This document shows, piece after piece, positions 42,001 through 50,700 of a stretch of DNA of 64,000 nucleotides. The stretch spans positions 32,001-96,000 of the forward strand of contig PRDH01000026.1 in assembly GCA_003345545.1 (NCBI GenBank), in the 5' to 3' direction. The notes below the pieces were generated by a model. The model was given only the letters and a program-made list of their open reading frames with translations. It was not told where the DNA came from and ran no database searches. Each line of letters begins with the position of its first letter. The first letter of the stretch is position 1. The DNA is from Candidatus Thorarchaeota archaeon. Lineage in GTDB: Archaea > Asgardarchaeota > Thorarchaeia > Thorarchaeales > Thorarchaeaceae. The translations under genes were made by a program, and so were the position numbers.

Positions 42001-44744
42001 TTGTCCTACCTGAGGGAGTTACATACTATCTTGGCGATATGGTCTACGCCAACATTAGCTACACTGCTATTGCCTTTGGTACTGGAGTGGCCGGAGCTGC
42101 TATCACGACTGACTGGTTCACACGGTATGGGACCGGCAGTAGCATTGTGGAAATAGCACCTGGCATATACCAGATGTCAATCAATACATCTGGACTCAAT
42201 GCTCAGCTATATCGATTCATTGTAAATGCAAGCAAATACCTCCATTTGAGTCAGAGTATTGAGGCGGACATTCTTCTTGCAGCTGTGCCTGTCTTGTTGG
42301 AACTTGTCTTCACTCCTCAGAATCCCATGTGGGGTGATAGTGTGGCGTTCCAGGCAAATGTAACAGATGCAAGGACAGGTGCCCCGGTTGTCGGAGCATA
42401 TGTCAACCTGACCATTGGTCTGTTAGTATTTGATATGACGCCAGTTGCCGATGGTCTGTATAACTGCACAGTTCTCACTTCTTCATTGACCTCAGGTGAG
42501 TACACAATCGAGGTACAGTCGTCTCTACTTAACTACGAGACCGCGCAGCGAGATTTCCAGATCCGCATTGAAAAAATCGCCGCAAAGATTTTTGCGTCCA
42601 TCGATCCAATCTCTGCTGTTAATGGCCAGACGGTCATTGTCCATGTCGATTACCTCGAGTACGCAACCGGTCTTCCAATCTCCGTGGATGGAGTGGTTGA
42701 ATTCTCATGGATCGGTGGCAGCGGCTTCATTGGCTGGTCAGCTGGCGATGACAAATATGTTGGTTCCTTTATCGTGACTGGAGCTGCCGTTGGTAACCAC
42801 CATATTCTCATCCAGGCCTCCTCCCCTAACTACAAGAGCGTCAGTACTGTGGTAACAATTGAAATCACAGAGATAAACACGCAACTCGTCCCGATATCAA
42901 ACACAGTTATCTCCGGCAACTACAGAGATATTGTCAATATCACCGTGTATCTGAACAATACTGATCTCAATCTACCAGTTGATGGCGCTACTCTCAGTTT
43001 TGGAGTGGGCTCTATCGTTGGCAATCTCATAGAGTTGACAGCTCCAGGCTACTACAGTGCTTTAGTGGATACATCGTTCCTGAGTGTGCAAGAATGGACC
43101 GTGTCTATATCTAGTGTCAAACCTGGATTCACTCCATCTCAATTCGACTTCACGCTGACAGTTGAACAGATCGAGACTACGATTGTGATTCTCACTAGTG
43201 GTACAGTTTCAGGCTACTACGGTGAGATCGTGACATTCAACTTCTTGTTCAATGATACTCATGCTAACGAAGGAATATCCGGCGCAATCACGAACTACAC
43301 TTTAGAACAGACACATGGATCGCTTGTGGACAATGGAGATGGAACCTACAGTCTGACTCTGAACACTTCTATTGCATCCGCTGGAGCGATACCGCACGAC
43401 ATATCTTTGACTTTCAGGAAAGAGAACTACCGCTTCGCCTATGGACTCGCCAAGCTTCTCGTGATGCCCGTCCCCACACAAATCGAAGGTCCTCTTGAAG
43501 CTGAGTATCCAATATATGACAACTATTCAATGCTTTTCAGTTTCAGGGACACACTTAATGATGCTTGGGTCACTGATGCAGTTGCAACAGCAGTATGGGA
43601 ATTCGGCACTGCGACTCTGACGAATCTCGGAAATGGTTCGTACATGTTTGGTCCTCATGAAGCGAATCTGTCGACACCTCTTCAGTACAGAGAACTCTCC
43701 TACAGGATCAGGATATCACTCTCAAGAGCAAACTATACCAGGATGGAGATTGAGCATTATTTGACCATTCGTAGAATCCTGACAGAGACGGTCTCTGCTG
43801 CGCCAACCTCAGCTATCTATGTTGGAGATGTGTTCCTTGTCAATGTCACTTTTTGGGACGCCGACCATGGCATAATGATCACTGATGCTATCATCAATGT
43901 TATCACTAGCAGCCAGGTTGATAACGGACTCATCCATGAAATTAATTTGGACATCAACTGGGGTAATGGGACCTATACGATTGCTCTCCGTGCACCTAAC
44001 TTGGCGTTCTATAGCCTCCGCATTGATTTCAGTAAGGCGGACTATCAGACTTCGTCAGTGGAGCTCGATATCTACGCTAGGCTAAGTCCCGAACAGGAAG
44101 CACTTGCGAGGGGCTTCGAGTACTCAGCAATTGGAATACTTGCGCTCGCGGCTCTCGCAACCCTGTACATCAAGGTGCTGTCGGTTCCAAAGCTGCTTCG
44201 GACTCTTAGACGGATGGTGGCAGTTCTTGGTAGAGGCCGCATACCAAAACCCGCCAATGTTCCAGTACGACGTAACATGCTGCTGGCGATGATGAAAGAG
44301 GAGCTTGCAGGTGTGGCGGTCGTGAAGACCATTGAGGATATTTCAGTTTCGACAGTTGATGTAGCTGCTATGGATGTCGAGGCTCTGCTTGAGGACCTTG
44401 CAACAGTTGTTGGTCTGACAGCGAGCGATGTTGACACTCTTAGGAGAGATCTTGACCAGATGAGGCCGAGTGAACGTGCTGGCTTCATCAATGAAGTCTT
44501 GAAGCAAGAACGTGCTAGACGGGCAAAGGAGCTTGCCGAAACCGAGGGTGTCACACCCGAGAAACGCCCAAGCACCGAAGTTGAGGAGAAGCTCTCTGAT
44601 GAGGAGCTCAAACACCTCAAGGAGCGATTGATGAAGATGGGAATTGCGGAAACTGAAGCAGATCTTATGGTCGAACAGGCGCGTAATTTGTCTAGGGCCG
44701 AGATAGATGCACTACTTCGTGAAATAGGAGGCTCAGAAGAATGA
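36045..44744 (+). CDS. Giant (2899 aa) type I membrane surface protein: head with NHL beta-propeller insert, Ig-like stalk, TM, helical cytoplasmic tail
   Basis: Signal peptide; six NHL repeats (F..P.GVA....G.IYV.D..N.RVQ.F) at about 36500-37360; repeated ~100-120 aa beta modules; TM near 44130-44180. Confidence 0.9.
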   Translation: MRTKRTVGLILVILPLILGIMILPPGWAIDSKRGLDSETVVLDNGQKIVVAPDEVLMKYIISDLPTSMAGTGDPLIASEYGTRIDSFIEQRMVYYPSGSITTANLSVPLGEQWEGYGVYGDISSITENRSWLVNQGFSTDATWSFETRYEEGDFSGNNRMHYFTQTGTNVGTWGTRGTGTSQFIDPWGVAIDSSGNIYVADAFNNRIQVFTNTGSFIRQWGSYGIGNGQFDRPTGVAVNTTGYVYVVDQGNDRVQVFSSTGVYQRQFGTSGIDNGEFRSPTGIAIRNSLGYVYVTDTGNDRVQYFNWNGVRQGGWGSTGTGNSQFQMPTGIAVDQGTGQVAIADSTNNRVQRFTAAGTYSGQFGSLGGGNTNFRTPMGVAINSTTGRIYVNDLGNHRISYFSNAGAYQGQWGTDGTGTSNLRFNYGIAVSPTGNVYVSEGSGTERMDANWLSNGHGTGNPSSIFQIDGYWHDDQTTDLYGFWYNPGDKAFARQDLVIERGEVTWAGISLDYYADCRGWGTYMTGFFELFVSVGDPDHGGSYLWSKQFDDINDDNIWYSTGLIPIDYSDLSLPNVEILAGLRVTDSEWYRASDIRPEGRLDNMVLYIKAKATPDNINLQMNGVDVDNVYSGPTPVFGLGTASYAPSFPWTYGNAYANFSWTPDDNPPDPNLEISVYIDVDVKVYARRYNAVTVNDTELFSYGDNYVVQNSTTVEWTTNHYVAVPGGYEDEFFYNVSIPLNRDITFVSEPTQRYSNLTNSWYLGDPGDGAVNISVYELGLSEPNGFWMIRGVSPNMVTNLHVWDNVLGQWVQTKTFRADENTRFRAVLPSAYQGDLVTFTIYDSHGEVWDTLTATVDVSGYAISNYVNLDAVSARVGSWEVQAFVDDHDSGIEVHNIGFFRRGFSIDHSTQLSVKYPVEGRLTWAVNVTYGALVFLQIRVNDSDNGDLLAAGVMLYSGGFGSGTVSDLGTGEYSVTLNTNLLPSNGVYEVDLSWTKANYDSLFDTFTVYVVYETELLSSDAPGIDVASGNTAELHVYFQDMFTNPVVGAAVVCNWTQGYTVTPDGSGNYLLRLDTTGVTLNLYRVSITASKNYYQSRSIILSVEVRELHTSAIPSTSFLSLPVGYTTSFTITYRDTDLQVPITGAANTISCNWSAIHSAGDQNYTVTGTATPGVYQVLIYSMDDDALDSYDLLFRVERYGAQNHTFFVTVELRTHLTSLYLDNSVEPTPYTGNITVNLVYYDVDANTGIVNGTTLGGYVELIITSSTLPYPTFWIAGISPDGLYAIHIPANQWPDVGQITLSFEVNWIGVNLKYSNLTLSTSALITAAPTDLFIGESPVITPYGEEISFSIIYFDIGADTGVVNATGPYSGNVHLFIEVLTIGETLTQYDMTILEIDYTARPGEYRITFDSSLLSGLGAVELKIWLNWTYAELPYYQNQVIVVTVYSAHRLTTVDWTPLPLTPYDELVNLTFTFTDSLSGAPISNSPQLSIAVPAYPSFNIYYLGDITGVFIVEIDTSLLSIGSQTFYLDVIWTGSPYYQNRTGVQIFISVRERYTDLTHGTYSPIQIGNTLHLNFTYRDLDDYTSLGMNGATLLLDSWLAGSYTVDDLGNGMYTLHLDTTAFSTIGTKIVNVTILYGGSRNCADAYDIFYLTLTIRRTQLTSDLPDLAPYLTEAVIVIHYTDDTTDTGIVGATATAACAAAIQTLQLNVNYWVDDNLDGSYSVRILTTALGNFGPYTITITVTWDLGWPFYQERVRDVDIEVSRRPATVTVSKSPLNTPFLSNVTFEIVVTDQLDSTGITLSKSNLILTHGIGGTLISNDQYSMAGSNGIYVISINSLVLSSDLEEDYPIFILFVWGDLTPYYANASSSTEVSIVARFTQVAVLQTPPGYYYFNVSALLRFSDYLTGAPIAGATVSVACTNTSSFDYWVVDNSDGTYTILVDSNSLAGLGRYFFQANFTWSGSPFYRDVIGVKFSISVNPVSTTLNFVLPEGVTYYLGDMVYANISYTAIAFGTGVAGAAITTDWFTRYGTGSSIVEIAPGIYQMSINTSGLNAQLYRFIVNASKYLHLSQSIEADILLAAVPVLLELVFTPQNPMWGDSVAFQANVTDARTGAPVVGAYVNLTIGLLVFDMTPVADGLYNCTVLTSSLTSGEYTIEVQSSLLNYETAQRDFQIRIEKIAAKIFASIDPISAVNGQTVIVHVDYLEYATGLPISVDGVVEFSWIGGSGFIGWSAGDDKYVGSFIVTGAAVGNHHILIQASSPNYKSVSTVVTIEITEINTQLVPISNTVISGNYRDIVNITVYLNNTDLNLPVDGATLSFGVGSIVGNLIELTAPGYYSALVDTSFLSVQEWTVSISSVKPGFTPSQFDFTLTVEQIETTIVILTSGTVSGYYGEIVTFNFLFNDTHANEGISGAITNYTLEQTHGSLVDNGDGTYSLTLNTSIASAGAIPHDISLTFRKENYRFAYGLAKLLVMPVPTQIEGPLEAEYPIYDNYSMLFSFRDTLNDAWVTDAVATAVWEFGTATLTNLGNGSYMFGPHEANLSTPLQYRELSYRIRISLSRANYTRMEIEHYLTIRRILTETVSAAPTSAIYVGDVFLVNVTFWDADHGIMITDAIINVITSSQVDNGLIHEINLDINWGNGTYTIALRAPNLAFYSLRIDFSKADYQTSSVELDIYARLSPEQEALARGFEYSAIGILALAALATLYIKVLSVPKLLRTLRRMVAVLGRGRIPKPANVPVRRNMLLAMMKEELAGVAVVKTIEDISVSTVDVAAMDVEALLEDLATVVGLTASDVDTLRRDLDQMRPSERAGFINEVLKQERARRAKELAETEGVTPEKRPSTEVEEKLSDEELKHLKERLMKMGIAETEADLMVEQARNLSRAEIDALLREIGGSEE

Positions 44745-47700
44745 AGAACACCAGGCGATTGGTTCCAATTATCCTCCTCGTAGCACTGATGATAGCGCCT
44801 CTCTTCCTTACTCCGCAGGCATCAATTGCTGTAGCTACTCCCAACCTTGATGCAGACACATCTAGCGATGTTCGTATAGTCGATATTGGGAATGGTGAAT
44901 TCATTGAGTTGGCACCCGATGAGGAGCTGCATAGGTTCGTTCTCTCAGACCAAGGCTGGACTGAATGGACCGGCTTCAGCGACCCTCTCAACGGCTCCGA
45001 ATTCGGAAATAGCACCAACATCTTCCTTGACAGACAAATGACGTATATTCCAGGTTCTGGCACAAGTTCTGTTCAAACCGGTATTTCCATGGGCGTTGGC
45101 TGGGAATCATACGAAACCAGAGTCCAGATTACTAGCCTGACTGAGAATAGAACATGGATAACGAATCCAGGATTCCAGGATAGTGAGAGTGGCTGGACAG
45201 TATCAAACACAGACCTTGGTTCTTCCAGCACGACTACATCTTCATGGCTTAATGATGGGCATGGAGTGAATGATGATTGCATACAGGTTGATATAAACTC
45301 TGTAGGCTCCGTTCCACCCTACTACTACGATGATGGTGATATTTCTGCATATGAGCAAGCGACAACAGTGACTCGTGGCGCGGTCGTTTGGTCAGCCCTT
45401 CGTCTAGATTATTGGGCAGATACAGTGGATGATACTCATTACGGGATGACTGGCTCATTCCGACTTTTCACGAATGTTGAGGGCACTGACATCTGGAGAA
45501 GAGTATTCACTGATATCGGAGCTGAAGAAACATGGTACAACACAGGTCTTGTTACTGTCATCCCCTCGATATTCGGGCTACCAGGCGATGCAACGGTAAC
45601 CACGCGAATCGGTCTGGAATCACTTGTTGCTGTGGGTTATGACCCGAATATTCATCCTCGGGCAAGGTTTGATAACGTCGAGCTCTTTCTCAAGACTCTG
45701 GTCAATCCAAGTGAGATTACCCTTCGAATGAATGGCCTGACAGTGAGCGATGGCGCATCACGAGGGATCTGCGCGATAACGCAAATTCCGGCTACTCCAT
45801 GGACAACATCGCCCGTGCTGCTCACATTCTCATGGACTCCGATTCCTTCACCACCAAATCCAAACAAAGTAGTCAGAATTGACTTCAACGTGAACGTGAA
45901 TATGTTCGCGCGACGCTATGATGTTTCCAGTCTTTATGAGATCGGTCCCACCTCATATGGTGAGAGATTCATCGTAAGAAATGGAACGAACGCCGAGTTC
46001 ACTTCTTATTTCAGAGCCGATATACCCACGGGGTATGCAAATCGCTATTTCTTCAACGAAACAATACCAATGGAACGTGATATCTATTCTGTTGCGCAAC
46101 CACTTGCTCCAGCAACAAATCTCACGAGCGGATGGACTGGAGGGAATCCAGGAGATGGTTTCTTCAACGTATCAACCTATGATATCACCAATGAGCCTGG
46201 AAGATTCGGTTACTGGAGAATCCTAAGCAGTTCTCCCAACATGATTTCTGACCTGGAATTATGGAATCCCGACATAAGTGGTTGGGCGCGGACGGTCGAC
46301 CTGAGAGCAGGAGATACGACGAGAGTACGCGCGGATGTCGGAGCTGAGTTCGCTGGATCGACTGTCACAATCACAATATACAAACCAGACGATTCTGTGT
46401 GGTTAACCTTGAGCCCGATAGTTGATGGAGCAGGTTATGCTACATCTACGACGTTCGCCCTCGATGGCTCTTCTGCTCCTGCTGGCAGCTGGATGGTTCA
46501 GGCGACTACAAACAACGTAGGAGCTGATGGCGAGTGGACTTCAGTCGGTCTATTCAAGAGACCTTTCACAATCACACATGCCTCTGATATCACCCTGACA
46601 TACCCAGCGGATGCTGTGGGAACGATGTTGACCAATGTGACTTTTGGAGATCTCTTGCTGATCATCCTGGAAGTCGAGGACACCGACAGCTATTCACCCA
46701 CAGTCCTTGTTCCAGGAGGCACGCTGACTCTTGACTGGGTCTTGGGTAGTGATACGTTCGATGACAATAGAAATGGTCAATACACCAAAGTCATCGATAC
46801 AGCACTTCTTCCTGGCAGTGGCAATTATGTGATGGGTCTGGACTGGACTCACCCCAACTTCGATGCTTCCAATACTGCGCTTACGATAAATGTGAACTAC
46901 GCTGCCACATTGACCTCTCCAGATTATCCAGGTATCTCTGGTCCTGTTGGTGATGACCAGTCATTCATAGCAATATTCGCGAATGTGAATGGAACCGGAA
47001 TCACAGAGGGAGAGCTATGGTGTGATTGGTCCAATCCTTACACAGTAGTCCCACTGGGAACTGGCCAGTTCGAATTTCAGCTGGACATGGAAGATATCCC
47101 CATTGGTGAATATCCGATTCATGTCTACGCAACGGGCCCCTTCATTGAGCCGCAAACAATGCTGATGTACGTGGGAGCAAGAGAGATCTATAGTTCTATC
47201 ACGTACACCTCTAGCCAGCTGTCGATACCGCTTGGTGAAGCATCTTCATTCCTTCTAACATGGACCGATACTGACCATGGAACACTGATCGCAGGTTCCG
47301 CCTCATCTATAACCTGCAACTGGACATCGTTCCATACATCAGGCGATACGAACTACACGGTCGTCGAGGTTTCGCCAGGAAAGTACAACATAAGTATCTT
47401 CACAAAATCCAGTGATCCTCTGACAGGATCGGATTTCTTTGACGTACGTTTCAATGTAATGAAGGATGACTATCAGAATCACACCTTTGATATCGCTGTT
47501 GAGATTCGGAAGAGGAACACTCTCTTTGTCTTGGATGCACCGATTGTACAGACTCCCTATGGAAGTCCAATAACTGTTCTTGTCTTCTACCAAGATACAG
47601 ACCTTCGAGTTGGCATTGGAAACGTCACAGGAGAAGTGAGACTAACCATCACTTCATCAGAATTGGGAGGCATAGTATATACAACTGCAGCATCCTCTCT

Positions 47701-50700
47701 GGGTCTTGGACATTACAACATCACCATCCCGAGCGACCAGTGGGGGAGCATTGGGTGGAAAGACCTGCACCTTCTTATTGAGTGGAGCGGAGTTGTTGAC
47801 AAGTTCTATAGTCAAACGATAGACACCAGCGCAAGAATAACTGGTACTGATACTGATTTGTATCTTGAACTCGCACCGACTGCTACCTACTACTTGAACA
47901 CCTTCAACTTCACGGTGATTTATTGGGACACCGTAGGCCTGCTGAGGATTAGCAATAGCACGAACAACGTGTTTCTACACATCATGGCACTTGGTGCGGG
48001 CAATTCAGTGACTCAGAGCGATTTCACAGTGACTGAATCTGCATCGGTCCCTGGTACGTACATTTTCGTTCTTGGCAGTTCGCTATTCTCGAGTACAGAT
48101 ACATTTCGATTTGAGTTGTCCTTCATGTGGAAGAAAGGACAGAGTCCTCTCTATGAGAATGGAACTATGGTCGTTTCGCTCATTCTGTTGGATAGGCCTA
48201 CATATGTTGACTATACACCTGTCGCTTCGACTCCCTATGGCGAACAAGCTGAATTTCTCTTCAGCTTTGTTGATACTCTGACTTCAGTGAAGATCGCAAA
48301 TTCATCTCAATTGTACATAGACTTGAATGATTTAGGTGTAATATTCACTTACTCGTATAATCCAGTTACTAAGGAGTTCACATTGTACATAGATACTGCA
48401 TCGATTGGCAGCATAGGACCTCATGATCTTCACCTGAATGTGACTTGGATTGGAGCACCATTCTATGCTTCTATTCAAAGCAAGATATTCTCTGTCAGCG
48501 TGATCACAAGAGCGACGCAGCTCTCTCACCTATCCTTTAGCCCTGGGCAGTGGGGCAACAACATCACAATTGTCTTCATCTATACAGACATAGTAGCAGG
48601 CTCTACTACTGGCATGACTGGTACATTGACACTGAATATCGCAGCGGACAAGTATAGTGTGGTTTACAGTCCAGAGGGACGATTCATTGTTACCTTGAAC
48701 ACGACGGCCTTTCTTGGAGATGGAGAGTATTCTGTAACGGCAGTTGTTGTCCATACGTTTGCGTATTATGCTAACGCAACCGAGATATTCGATATTTCGG
48801 TACTCAAACGGTCTACGCAACTTGGCTATGACAGCCCGGATCCTGCACCGTATGCATCGAATGCTACACTTTATGTAACCTATGTCGATGACAGTACGGG
48901 AAGAGGTATTCCAGGAGCTAGCATTGCTATCTCCGGAAACAGTACCTATGCACTCGTCCTGAATTCCAATTATTGGTTCACGTACATAGGAAATGGTCGC
49001 TATCTCATCGAAGTCGATACGGCCGCTCTTGGCGCGCCAGGCTATTACCTCCTCACTGTTTCAGTCACATTTACAGGAGAACCGTTCTATCTTCCTGGCT
49101 CGAGAGATGTATTGACAAGGGTCACTTTGAGAACAACTCAGATTCTGATAACCCAGACTCCCGGAAGCGTTTCCTTCCTTGAAAATGTGGTCTTCAGATT
49201 CAAGTTCACTGATTACTTGCTGGGCACCAAGATTGCGATTACTAAGAGCCACATCACTCTCACACACGGCGAATACCCCTACACAGAGATTGCATCCGGA
49301 AGTTACTTCCTCTATGAGTATGCAACGTACTACGAGATAGTATTCAACTCAACCATTGTCAGTCCCGACACTCTCGTCACTGGACACCCTATTCAAATGA
49401 CAATCGATCTGGGTTCTGGCGTCCCCTATTATGCGCCTAGAAGTACTTCAACAACTGTATCGACAGTTGAGCGACCAACGCAGATTCTGTTTCCACTTGT
49501 GGAAGACACTCCCTACTTTGATAATATCACCATAGAGCTCAGTTACGTCGATTACTTGACAGGAGCCGGCATTGACGGCGCGAACCTGCTGATAGCAAGT
49601 GGTAACTGGTCGTCGCCTCAATACACGTTGTTCCGCGAGGGCGATGGCACCTACAGAATCCTCATCAATAGTAGCGTATTTGGAAACACTGGAACTGTCT
49701 TCTTTGACATCACTCTCAGCAAGTCAGGTGCACCGTTCTACTCAACCAGGGCTACCCTCGGTGTTCCAGCAACCATTAGGGAGGTACAGACCTCTCTCGT
49801 CGCGGACGCTCCTCCTGCTGGTTCCACAGCTGTGGGAGCACCTATCGAGGTCCTGCTTACGCTAGTTGATTTTGACCATGACTTGCCCCTATCAAATGCA
49901 GTCATCACCAGTGACTGGACGGCACTCTTTGGCAGGAGCTATACAGTGGTAGAACTGGGGAATGGTGCCTACACAATCACCCTCACCACAACTGGACTGC
50001 TTGCACAGAGGTATGACTTTCACGTCTATGGTGACAAACCGTTCTATCAGACTGCAGTGGCAGGAGTATTTGTTCAACCCGGTGCAGCCACAGTCGAGAT
50101 ATTCTTGGAGAGGAGCACCTACTACGCAGATTGGGGCGAACTAGTCAATATCACATTTCAAGTTCGGGAACCCTATTACAGCACGCCTGTCACTGGCATG
50201 ACTGCATCTCTTCTTTGGCAAGGCATGCTCTATGGCTTCAGCGAGGTCGGCAATGGCTATTACACGCTGTTGCTTGATTCGTCAGATACTAACTTTGGCG
50301 TCTATGCTCCGCAGATATCTGTCACGAAGCAGTACTATCAACCAAGGCAGACAACATTCAATCTCATAGTGTCAAAAGCTACAGGACAGATCATTCCTGA
50401 CTTTTCGAGTTATCAGGTTGTGATTGACACTTCAATAGACATCCAGCTGTTTCTGAATGACACTGTTTCTGGAATGCCTGTGACCACGGCGACAGTGACA
50501 ATGGAGTTCAATAGTACAGTCTATCTGCTCACTCATCTCGGTGCAGGTGTCTATTCTGGTGACTTGCTTGTATCCGGTTTTGCGATTGGGCAATATCCAC
50601 TCACAATCAGAGCTATCTCTCTCAATCATATGTTCCTGGAAACCATCGTTGGCATCAACGTTGTCCCAATTTACACCGAAGTGAAGTTGGTGAGTGGCGC

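Noticed and set aside
44072-44620. Long antisense ORFs (also 4348-4890, 25294-25818, 52000-52437 and others)
   Set aside because: Ser-rich mirror frames of well-supported genes.
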